NCBI GenBank assembly: GCA_965249725.1
Contig: CBDFMQ010000002.1
Coordinates: 2,880,001 to 2,944,000, forward strand
Length of the DNA stretch: 64,000 bases
Direction: 5' to 3'
Source: Longimicrobiales bacterium
GTDB lineage: Bacteria > Gemmatimonadota > Gemmatimonadetes > Longimicrobiales > Gaopeijiaceae
The notes under the pieces are model-generated. The model ran no database searches and was not told the DNA's origin. It was given only the letters and a program-made list of their open reading frames with translations. How positions within the stretch are numbered: position 1 is the first letter of the stretch; each line of letters begins with the position of its first letter. The position numbers and the translations under genes are program-made. Shown here piece by piece: positions 10,806 to 19,177 of the stretch.

Positions 10806-10855
10806 AGCCGCAAGATGTGCCTAAGGTGCGCCTCGCCACAAGCGTACTGCGGTAT

Positions 10856-11068
10856 CTAGAACACTCCCAGCAGCTTCAGAACTCCCACCACCATCACGAC
10901 GACCCCGCCTATTTGAAAGCCGAGGTGCGCCTTCTCCTCACCGTACCATGCGATAGCGCGTTGCGCCTTCCAATCATAGAGGAAGAAGTCTCGCTTCCAA
11001 GTGGCGCACACGAACAAGTAGAGGCCGACGATGGAGCCGAGTAGGCCGATCCATTGCTCTTCGTTCAC
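10856..11068 (-). CDS. Small two-TM membrane protein resembling Imm17 immunity protein
   Basis: AAGGAGG RBS before GTG 11068; GLYLFVCATWKRDFFLYDWKAQRAIAWYGEEKAHLGFQIGGVVV. Confidence 0.6.
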   Translation of the reverse strand: MNEEQWIGLLGSIVGLYLFVCATWKRDFFLYDWKAQRAIAWYGEEKAHLGFQIGGVVVMVVGVLKLLGVF

Positions 11069-11244
11069 GGGTGCCTCCTTGGGGGATTGCGCGCAAGATG
11101 CTCCCAAGGCGCAACGGGCGGCAAGTCCATGCAACCCGCACATCCGGCCCTTTCTTGCTCCTCCGCCCCTCCCGCCGTACCGTCTCCCATCGCCCCAGGC
11201 CGGGGACGATCAACCTGTTGGATCCCTGCATGGAGGTATGGTCG

Positions 11245-12282
11245 ATGAGGCGCTTGAATCGGGCTGGACTACTTCTTGGAACCGTGGCCGCCACCGCGAT
11301 CATGGCGACCGGCACGGGCCTCCTGGCCCAATCGGTGACCACAAATCCGTTCCGACCCACCTACGGGTGGGGCGAGTTGCCCGAGGGCCGGTCGTATGGC
11401 TCGACGAGTTCCGTCGAGATCGCCCTCGACGGCAACATCTGGGTCGCCGAGCGCTGCGGCAGCAACTCCTGTGTGGGCTCGGACGTCGACCCGGTCCTCC
11501 TCTACGACAAGGAGGGGAACCTCCTCCGCAGCTTCGGTGCCGGGCTGATCGCTTGGCCCCATGGCATCGACGTGGATCATGAGGGCAACGTCTGGATTGC
11601 CGACGCGTGGGCACGCGGAGCGACTGAGACGGGCCATGCGGTCCTCAAGTTCTCTCCCGAGGGTGAGCTCCTGATGACCATCGGTACACCCGGCGTTCGG
11701 GGAGACCCACCCGATCACCTCACCATGCCGTCTGATGTCCTCGTCGCACCCAACGGTCAGATTTACGTGGTGGACGCCCATGACCGGACGGTGGGTCGGG
11801 TCGTTCGATACGCGGCGGACGGGACCTACATGGAGACGTGGGGAGAGCTAGGGTACGGCCCCAAGCAGTTCCGTGACCCCCACGCCCTCGCAATGGACTC
11901 CCAGGGCCGGATTTTCGTGGGCGACCGCTACAACAACCGCATCCAGCTCTTCTCTCAGGAGGGCGAGTTCCTGGCAATCTGGACGCAGTTCGGCCGGCCC
12001 AGCGGCATCTACATCGACGAGAACGACATCATCTACGTCGCCGACTCGGAGTCGAGTCCCGCTCCGAACGAGTTCACGGGGCAGCGTAACGCGGGTTGGG
12101 AAAAGGGCATCCGCATCGGCGACGCCAAGACCGGCTGGGTAAGCCACTTCCTCCCGGACGATCGAGCCAACGTCAACGGCTTCAGCGGGCCCGAGGGCGT
12201 GGCGGCGGACAGCGAGGGGAACGTCTACGGAGCCGAGGTCTCACAGCGGCGCATCACGAAGTGGGTGCGCTTCCGGCGTTAG
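11245..12282 (+). CDS. Secreted NHL-repeat protein (peptidyl-alpha-hydroxyglycine amidating lyase-like)
   Basis: GGAGG RBS, signal peptide, NHL repeats PHGIDVDHEGNVWIAD, PHALAMDSQGRIFVGDRYNNRIQ. Confidence 0.88.
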   Translation: MRRLNRAGLLLGTVAATAIMATGTGLLAQSVTTNPFRPTYGWGELPEGRSYGSTSSVEIALDGNIWVAERCGSNSCVGSDVDPVLLYDKEGNLLRSFGAGLIAWPHGIDVDHEGNVWIADAWARGATETGHAVLKFSPEGELLMTIGTPGVRGDPPDHLTMPSDVLVAPNGQIYVVDAHDRTVGRVVRYAADGTYMETWGELGYGPKQFRDPHALAMDSQGRIFVGDRYNNRIQLFSQEGEFLAIWTQFGRPSGIYIDENDIIYVADSESSPAPNEFTGQRNAGWEKGIRIGDAKTGWVSHFLPDDRANVNGFSGPEGVAADSEGNVYGAEVSQRRITKWVRFRR

Positions 12283-12312
12283 GCTTCCGGGCACTGCTGT
12301 AGGGGGTCGGCC

Positions 12313-12714
12313 TCAGGCGTAGCCGAGCACGGCCAGGTCCGGCACGCGCGCGAAGTGTCGTTCGTTCCGTGTCACTACGGGTAGCTCAAAGGCTAGAGCC
12401 GTGGCCGCGATCCAGAGGTCGTTGGCGTCGATCAGCATCCCGTTCGCCTTCAGGTACCGATAGAGACGACCGTAGCGCCACGTGACCTCGGGGGTGCAGG
12501 CGAGTACCTCGAAGGGAGAGATCAGACGGTCCCACACGGACCGCTCGTTCATCCGGGGTCCGGCCGCCAACTCACCTGCGATCGTGAAGGTTATGTGGAG
12601 CTGGTGGGTCTCGTGCGAATCGAGGAAGAGCTGTGCGGGCCCGGCCTCACCGAGGATCAATTCGCGCTCGAGGTCGACCAGGAAGCTGGTCTCCAGAATC
12701 AGGGCGTCGACCAC
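12313..12714 (-). CDS. vapC: VapC PIN-domain toxin
   Basis: LILETSFLVDL...IDANDLWIAATALAFELPVVTRNERHFARVPDL; GTG start overlaps the antitoxin 3' end. Confidence 0.88.
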   Translation of the reverse strand: MVDALILETSFLVDLERELILGEAGPAQLFLDSHETHQLHITFTIAGELAAGPRMNERSVWDRLISPFEVLACTPEVTWRYGRLYRYLKANGMLIDANDLWIAATALAFELPVVTRNERHFARVPDLAVLGYA

Positions 12715-12947
12715 TTGTCCGCCGGCACTCGCGGTTCCGACTTCATCTGGTCGACCAGGTCGAGCTCGTCGCAATCGTACAACGGGCCGCGCTCCCGAAC
12801 CAAGGCGAGAAGCTCACCTCCCGTCACAGTCTGATCGTCCCATCTAGCCCTCATGACGACATCGCTGAATGACTCACTCGAGTGTGTTCTAGCACGCCTG
12901 AGCTTCTCGTATGCCTCCACGCGGAGTGATATGGTCTTGGTTGCCAT
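12699..12947 (-). CDS. vapB: VapB-type antitoxin
   Basis: MATKTISLRVEAYEKLRRAR..SESFSDVVMR; directly upstream of and overlapping the PIN gene. Confidence 0.85.
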   Translation of the reverse strand: MATKTISLRVEAYEKLRRARTHSSESFSDVVMRARWDDQTVTGGELLALVRERGPLYDCDELDLVDQMKSEPRVPADKWSTP

Positions 12948-12977
12948 GATACACAGAATGTGTGTGTACTGTGTATC
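12948..12977. promoter_or_regulatory. Putative vapBC autoregulatory operator
   Basis: Perfect IR GATACACAG-N12-CTGTGTATC abutting the vapB ATG; minus-strand TTGACT just upstream. Confidence 0.65.
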
Positions 12978-13127
12978 CGAGTCAAGAGTTCGAAGTGGCG
13001 CCAAGTCATCGCCCGCCCTTGCCCTGACCCCAACAGCGTGATACGCGTCAAGGCGTTCACGCTGGGGAGTGGCTCGTAAAGGAGGCACCCCTCACACTAG
13101 AGCCGCCACCTTCACGGTGAGGTCGAC

Positions 13128-14414
13128 ATGCGACGAGCCGACAACGAATCACGCCGCTCAGCGGCGACGTCCGCGCTGCTTTTCCTGGGCGCCGTGCTCG
13201 CGGCGGGTTGCGCCGGCCCAGACGGCGGCGCGGGGCCCGGCGCAACCGTGTTCGAGGGCGCTCGTGTGATCGTGGGGGATGGAAGCGCCGCGATCGAGGG
13301 CGCCGTGTTCGTGGTCGAGGGCGACCGCATCACACAGGTGGGGCGCAGGGCGGACGTGGAGGTCCCGAGCGGGGCTGCCCGGGTCGACCTGACCGGGAAG
13401 ACAGTCATGCCGGCGATCGTGAACGCCCACCTCCACCTCGCGACCATCCGTGACGAGCGCGTCGATCAGCTTCAGCACATGGCCTACTACGGGGCAGGCG
13501 TCGTTGTAAGCCTGGGACATGACGACAACGACGTGGGCTTCGAGATGCGGGGTGAATCCGTACCCGACGGTGCGAGATCTCTCACCGCGGGTCGGGGGAT
13601 CACCCGGCCCGAGCCCGGCCGATCCGAGGCCGCTTACTGGATCGACAGCGAGGCCGAGGCGCGAACCGCCGTGCAGAAGCTGGCGGCCCGGGAGGTGGAC
13701 ATCGTCAAGATCTGGGTCGACGATCGCAACGGCCGTTACGAGAAGCTGACACCCGATCTCTACGAGGCTGTCATCGACGAGGCCCACGAGAACGGGCTGC
13801 ACGTCACCGCCCACGTGTACACACTGGAGGACGCCAAAGGGCTGCTCCGAGCGGGCCTCGACGTGTTCGCGCACGGCGTCCGCGACCTCGATGCCGACGA
13901 CGAGCTCATGGCGCTCTGGGGTGAGCGCCCGGAGGTGGTCCTGGTCCCCAACCTGCCCGATCCCGGGGTGGCCGTGGACCTGGGATGGCTGAGCGGAACG
14001 GTCCCCGCGGACCGCCTGCAGGAGATGCAGGACGCCTCGACCGATCGGCCCGCTGTCCAGGAGGCCTTCGGCATCCAGGCCCGGAATCTGGCGCGGTTCA
14101 ACGAGGCGGGAGTCAGGATCGCGTTCGGAACGGACGGGAGCACACCCTGGGCCCCGCACCTCGAGATGGAGGACATGGTCAGGTCCGGAATGTCCCCGGC
14201 CGAGGTCATCGTGGCGGCCACCAGCGCCTCGGCCGAACTGATGGAGATTCCGGACGCCGGCAGCGTGGCGGTGGGCATGAGCGCTGACTTCATCGTCCTG
14301 GACGCGAACCCGCTCGAAGACATCACCAACACCAGGCGGATCTCGGCGGTCTATCTGCGCGGTACGGCCATCGACCGAGAAGCGCTGAGTGCACGGTGGA
14401 CGGGGACGCCCTAG
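13128..14414 (+). CDS. Amidohydrolase-family lipoprotein
   Basis: Lipobox LAAGC; VMPAIVNAHLH; VTAHV; FAHG; FGTDG; ADFIVLDANPLEDI. Confidence 0.88.
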   Translation: MRRADNESRRSAATSALLFLGAVLAAGCAGPDGGAGPGATVFEGARVIVGDGSAAIEGAVFVVEGDRITQVGRRADVEVPSGAARVDLTGKTVMPAIVNAHLHLATIRDERVDQLQHMAYYGAGVVVSLGHDDNDVGFEMRGESVPDGARSLTAGRGITRPEPGRSEAAYWIDSEAEARTAVQKLAAREVDIVKIWVDDRNGRYEKLTPDLYEAVIDEAHENGLHVTAHVYTLEDAKGLLRAGLDVFAHGVRDLDADDELMALWGERPEVVLVPNLPDPGVAVDLGWLSGTVPADRLQEMQDASTDRPAVQEAFGIQARNLARFNEAGVRIAFGTDGSTPWAPHLEMEDMVRSGMSPAEVIVAATSASAELMEIPDAGSVAVGMSADFIVLDANPLEDITNTRRISAVYLRGTAIDREALSARWTGTP

Positions 14415-14428
14415 TCCGAACGCGGGCC

Positions 14429-15142
14429 TCAACTCGGGTTGGAGGGCTCCGCGGGGTCCTCGGAGCCCGGACCGATCAGCTCCAGCGCGCGCGAGGCGAT
14501 GCGGGTCATCTGCTGCTCGCGCTCCCATGCCCATTGGGGTAGGCGCACTCGATTGGCGACCAGCGCGCCCCCGCCCAGAACGGCGATGATGGAGGTAATG
14601 ACCAGCTCGTCGAGCTGGGCGCCACCCAGGACGACCCCCATCATCATGAACAGTCCTACCACGACTCCGACGATCCCCATCATGTGCATCGGCCTCGCGT
14701 CGCCCTTTACGGTGCCCATGCGGAGGCGGTATCCGGCCTCCGTAGGCTCGACATAGGCGTGGAGATTGCCGTTGACCCAGTGACGAGACCCTGTCGTGGA
14801 TTCGACCTTGCCCCTAGCGTGGAACGTCTCCCTCAACTCGGCGACGAGCATCTCCCATTCCCGATCGGTGGGAGCGCGGGGTAGGTCGACGGTTCGGCTC
14901 ACCGCAACAGGCATCCCCAGGAAGGTCCGGTAAGGAGGTATGTCACGCCGTACCTCTAGCGCCGACGCGGCATCCGCGATCCGGTCCGGCGCCAGCCCGA
15001 CCTCGTTTCCGATCTCCTGCAGCTCTGCGAGGGTGAAGCCCTCCGCTGCGGAAGGGGCGGTCTGCCCCGACTCCGGAGCCGCCGCTGCAGCCTCGAATAT
15101 CTGCCTGATCTCGTCGTCCTGGTATCGACGATCGTCGGTCAT
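14429..15142 (-). CDS. Hypothetical membrane protein
   Basis: MTDDRRYQDDEIRQIFEAA...FTLAELQEIGNEVGL; two C-terminal TM helices. Confidence 0.75.
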   Translation of the reverse strand: MTDDRRYQDDEIRQIFEAAAAAPESGQTAPSAAEGFTLAELQEIGNEVGLAPDRIADAASALEVRRDIPPYRTFLGMPVAVSRTVDLPRAPTDREWEMLVAELRETFHARGKVESTTGSRHWVNGNLHAYVEPTEAGYRLRMGTVKGDARPMHMMGIVGVVVGLFMMMGVVLGGAQLDELVITSIIAVLGGGALVANRVRLPQWAWEREQQMTRIASRALELIGPGSEDPAEPSNPS

Positions 15143-15459
15143 AGCTCGCTCACGAGAGGGATCCCAAATATGAATACGGCGATCGGTCGCCGCTTCGTCA
15201 ATGCCAAGATGGCAGGCCCTCCGGGAGGCGATCGCCAGCAACATGCCCGTTGGTGCATCAAGAATGAACAAATGCGCTGTATCCGTGTATCAGTCCCGCT
15301 ACGGTCGGCTACACCGGAAGATTTCGCCCCCGCAGCCGAGCCCACTCCGCTCCAATACAGCCGACGGACCTTTGTCACAGCACCAAGGAGCCAGTCATTA
15401 CCAGTAAGCTAGCCGAAACACCGACACGTTCAGGTAACGCGGTCCCAGACTCCCAGGAA

Positions 15460-16056
15460 ATGGGTCAGGTCGCCCGCGATTTAGCAACGCTCGCCTTCGC
15501 CCGCATGCAGCAGGACGGTGAACTGCTGATCAGGCAGCAGGAGCAGCTCCGAAGAGCCCTCGCCGCCTCGGGCAGATCGCTCGGTTGGGCCGGCAGAGCC
15601 GCTCATAACGCTGAGTGGGAAGCCGACGTCAACAAGGATGTGCTGAGAATCGCCAGAAACGGCGCCCGCTCGCTGCTACGCGAGCTGGCCACGCGGGAGA
15701 CCACGAAGAAGAATGAACTGAAGACTCTCAAGAAGGTGGCCGCGGCAATCACGAAGATGGCGGAAGACCCTGACGCAGAGTATCCGATCGAACTCACCTA
15801 CCTACATACGGCGCGCGACAGCGTCCGCGACCTGGTCACGAAGACCGAGGAGCGCATCGTAAACGACGGAGAGGAAGCGATGGCCGTCGTCCGGAACATC
15901 GAAAAGAACTCGGCGCGGTGGGAGACGCTCAGGGATGAGATGATCATCGAGCTCAAGGAGAGGCAGAAAGAAGTAGGCGCCATGAAGCGCAACCTGTCTA
16001 GCTTCGTGCAGTCGTTGCAGCCTCTGCTGAGGGAAGTGCTCGTCACGCTCCACTAG
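15460..16056 (+). CDS. Hypothetical helical/coiled-coil protein
   Basis: AGGA RBS; protein-like charged helical composition; no recognised motif. Confidence 0.65.
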   Translation: MGQVARDLATLAFARMQQDGELLIRQQEQLRRALAASGRSLGWAGRAAHNAEWEADVNKDVLRIARNGARSLLRELATRETTKKNELKTLKKVAAAITKMAEDPDAEYPIELTYLHTARDSVRDLVTKTEERIVNDGEEAMAVVRNIEKNSARWETLRDEMIIELKERQKEVGAMKRNLSSFVQSLQPLLREVLVTLH

Positions 16057-16138
16057 CGGACACCCGCTGGTTCCGGTTGCCCGGCTCTGGGACCGTCAAT
16101 AACCTGGCTGCGTACCCAACGAGCCAGGAGTCTCAGAT

Positions 16139-17452
16139 ATGTCATCGACGGTATCTCGACCGACCCCCACGCCAGCCGTAACCCGACGCCAGTTCCTCGG
16201 CACGGGCACCGCAGCTGGATTGAGCGCACTGGCGACGACCGGATGCGCGAGCCCGGAGACCCAGGCTTCCTCCGCGCTGGGATACGGGGGCCATGCGAAC
16301 ACGGTCGCGGACCTCGAAGACAACATCTACACCCGGCTGCTCGGGGTACGTCCCCACATCGGTGCGCATGAGCACATCACCACCATGGGTGGCTCTCGCA
16401 TGCCCCCCGAGGTGCTCGAGGCCATGGTGGAGGCGAACGAGTACTTCGTCGACATGCACGAGCTGATCGAGGCCGCCGGGGCGCGTGTGGCCGAGTTGAT
16501 GGGGGCGGAAGCTGCGATCATTACGTCGGGTGGGTCCGCATCGCTGCTCCTGGGATCGGCGGCCTGCCTCACCGGGACCGACACGGACCGGATCGAAGCC
16601 CTTCCGCACGTCACGTGGGACCGCAGGGTCTGCCTGATTCAGGAGCCGCACCGGTTCAGCTACGATCACGCGTACAAAGCCGCGGGCATGACCCGCGTCT
16701 ACGTCGAGTCGAGGGAGGAGTTCATCTCCCGAATCGACGACACCGTGGCCATGATGCCCGCGATCTCCGCGGTCGAGCGAGGATTCCCCATCGCGCCTCC
16801 ACGATCACCACGCCGATCCAACCCGACCCCCGACTCCGTGATTCAGCCCGAGGAGATGATCCGGATCGGCAAGGAGCACGGGGTGCCGGTCATGGTCGAC
16901 ATGGCATCCGACCTGCCCCCATGGGAGAATGTGCACCGGTTCATCGATCTCGGCGCAGACCTCGTGGTCATCAGCGGTGGTAAGGGCATCCTCGGGCCTC
17001 AGTCCACGGGAATCCTGGCGGGCCGGGCCGACCTCATCCGGGCGGCGCGGATGCAGAACGCCCCGAACGACTACATCGGGCGTGGGTTCAAGGTGGGCAA
17101 GGAGGAGATCATCGCGCTCGTCGTTGCGTTGGAACGAGCGGTCACCCTGGATCAGGACGCCGAGATCGCTGGCTGGAACGATCGGGCCCAGTGGGTGGCG
17201 GACCAACTACAGGATATTCCCGGAGTCGACGCCCGGTACGAGATGAACAACGGGGGCTACGCCGACGTGGATCTCACCCTGGACGAATCGGTGGTCGGGA
17301 TGGACGCCCGCGAACTCAAGAGCCGGCTCAAAGAGGGCTCGCCCAGCATCGTCTACGACGGGGCCACCGTCCGGACACGGCAGCTGCGTTCCGGTGAGGA
17401 ACAGTTGGTGGCTCGACGGCTCAGAGAGGTGCTTTCGGGAGCGAGTTCGTAA
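16139..17452 (+). CDS. Tat-exported SelA/DgaE-like PLP-dependent enzyme
   Basis: TRRQFLG twin-arginine; TTMGGSRMPPEV; DLVVISGGKGILGPQSTG (PLP Lys); IGRGFKVGKEEI. Confidence 0.85.
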   Translation: MSSTVSRPTPTPAVTRRQFLGTGTAAGLSALATTGCASPETQASSALGYGGHANTVADLEDNIYTRLLGVRPHIGAHEHITTMGGSRMPPEVLEAMVEANEYFVDMHELIEAAGARVAELMGAEAAIITSGGSASLLLGSAACLTGTDTDRIEALPHVTWDRRVCLIQEPHRFSYDHAYKAAGMTRVYVESREEFISRIDDTVAMMPAISAVERGFPIAPPRSPRRSNPTPDSVIQPEEMIRIGKEHGVPVMVDMASDLPPWENVHRFIDLGADLVVISGGKGILGPQSTGILAGRADLIRAARMQNAPNDYIGRGFKVGKEEIIALVVALERAVTLDQDAEIAGWNDRAQWVADQLQDIPGVDARYEMNNGGYADVDLTLDESVVGMDARELKSRLKEGSPSIVYDGATVRTRQLRSGEEQLVARRLREVLSGASS

Positions 17453-17507
17453 TCCGCCGGTGAGCTCCTGGCTCGTCGGGGCGCCGTCGCTTACGCCTCC
17501 AACACAT

Positions 17508-18632
17508 TCATGGACTGTCGGCGGCATTCTCCGTGGACTGGTCCGCCACGGACGCTTCAAACGCCTCGCGCACACGCCCGACGTAGCGTAGGAACCCCGG
17601 CAGCTGCTCGACCCTCAGTGCCTGCGGGCCGTCACAGAGGGCGACCTCTCTATGCGGGTGAAAGTCGACGAGGACGCTGGACGCTCCGGCGATCACACCC
17701 TGCCCCGCCGCGTGGAACACATCGGGAATCCCGTCCACCGCCTCATCCACTGATCCGACGCTATGCGACGGGTCGACGCACACGGGAAGTCTCGTCTTGC
17801 GGCGCGCGACCGGCACATGGGCGAAGTCCACCAGGTTGCGGTGTGGGTCGCCGAGATGCGTCTTCACCCCCCGCAGGCAAAAGATGATGCGCGGGTTGCC
17901 CTCACTGGCGATGTACTCGCAGGCGTTGAGCGACTCCTCGAGCGTGATACCCATCCCCCTCTTGAAGAGCACGGGAAAGCGTTCCTGCTGGCCGACCACC
18001 TTCAGCAGCTCGAAGTTCTGCGCGTTGCGCGTGCCTACCTGAAGCACCACCCCCGTTGGATCGCCGGCGTCCGCCAAGGCCTCGTTGATCTCGTCGATCT
18101 GGCGCCCGTCCGTCACCTCCATCGCCACCGCCCGCATGCCGTACTGTCCGGCCAGTTCGAAGACATAAGGGAGGCAGTCCTTGCCAAGCCCCTGGAAGTC
18201 GTACGGGTTGGTCCGCGGCTTGTAGGCACCCATTCGGGTGGTGACGAGGCCCTCGCGCTGAAGAGCCGCCATCATGAGCTCCACATGCTCTCTCGTATCA
18301 ACCGCGCACAGGCCCGCGAAGATCGTCAGCTGCTCGTCGCTGAACTGAACCCCGTTGTACTCGAACCCAGCGGTCTCCGTGGCATGGTGTCGTCCGATCA
18401 ACCGATAGCGGGTAGAGACCCGCACCACCCGCAGGACGCCCGGGATCTCCGCGAACTGCTGGGTCGGCACTCCTCTCGTGGGGCCGACCAGGTGGATCTC
18501 GGTGAACGTGTGCCCGGTGCCGCTGTGTGAGTACGGTCGGGTCTCGATGCCTTCGAACCGGTCGGCCACCTGGACCACCGTGCGGACAATGGCCTCTTGG
18601 TCCTCCCAGTCCGGGTGGAGCACGATGATCAT
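17508..18632 (-). CDS. aroF: DAHP synthase, type I-beta, with N-terminal regulatory domain
   Basis: AGLCAVD, GAYKPRTNPYDFQGLG, QVGTRNAQNF, KRGMG, VDPSH, ALCDGPQAL. Confidence 0.9.
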   Translation of the reverse strand: MIIVLHPDWEDQEAIVRTVVQVADRFEGIETRPYSHSGTGHTFTEIHLVGPTRGVPTQQFAEIPGVLRVVRVSTRYRLIGRHHATETAGFEYNGVQFSDEQLTIFAGLCAVDTREHVELMMAALQREGLVTTRMGAYKPRTNPYDFQGLGKDCLPYVFELAGQYGMRAVAMEVTDGRQIDEINEALADAGDPTGVVLQVGTRNAQNFELLKVVGQQERFPVLFKRGMGITLEESLNACEYIASEGNPRIIFCLRGVKTHLGDPHRNLVDFAHVPVARRKTRLPVCVDPSHSVGSVDEAVDGIPDVFHAAGQGVIAGASSVLVDFHPHREVALCDGPQALRVEQLPGFLRYVGRVREAFEASVADQSTENAADSP

Positions 18633-18719
18633 ACGAAGTTCCTGTTACAGGGTTCGGACGGGTAGCGCGTGAAATACGACTAGAGGAAGGTAAGGTGTCT
18701 CCCCGCTCCGTCGAGTGAT

Positions 18720-18890
18720 TTAATCGTGGTACCCAGTTCGCTCGACCGGGTGAAACATGATCTCTATCGGGAGAATCGTCACCGCGGCGAGTATGTTGAA
18801 GAAGTCGTGGACGGTGGCAGCCGCGAATGCCCGCTCGAATTCTGCCGCGCGAGTCACATGCCCGACGGACACGATGGTGGGGTGGGTCAC
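18720..18890 (-). pseudogene. Internal fragment of an Na+/Pi symporter (NptA/SLC34 family)
   Basis: Manual translation VTHPTIVSVGHVTRAAEFERAFAAATVHDFFNILAAVTILPIE...; FxRAFAxATVHDxFN is the SLC34 signature; only 56 codons remain. Confidence 0.75.
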
Positions 18891-19177
18891 GCGGCAACCG
18901 TCATCGGCACTCCGTCACGCTGGGACCGTTCTCAATAGAGGTGTCTGGGCTGTCTTATGACTCTGCTCCGTATCAGATCCGACCGGCGGATCAAGATGTC
19001 GGCCCTGGATGTCACCCGCGAGCACATCGCCCTGCTGGTCCCAGGGGTGAAGGGGCGCCACCGCACCTTGCTCCCGCATTAGTGGTGCGCCATCCTGACT
19101 TCGGATCACGGCCTCGCGTCCATGATTCGGAGTACCGCTCCCGCGCTGTACAACAGGTCACCACCCGGAGGATCTTC

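Noticed and set aside
13158..14534. 458-aa minus-strand ORF
   Set aside because: Antisense shadow of the amidohydrolase.
16139..17452. True selenocysteine synthase selA
   Set aside because: Has a Tat signal and no selB/selC/selD nearby; fits the SelA-like/DgaE group.
18957..19082. 41-aa ORF MTLLRIRSDRRIKMSALDVTREHIALLVPGVKGRHRTLLPH, faintly like a tyrosine-recombinase strand
   Set aside because: Similarity too weak to support by eye; poor RBS spacing.
18827..19177. Long N-terminal extensions given by the ORF track (also recQ, M28, M19, kinase 2, TPR)
   Set aside because: Downstream starts have an RBS and/or begin at the signal peptide or domain boundary; the extensions look non-coding.
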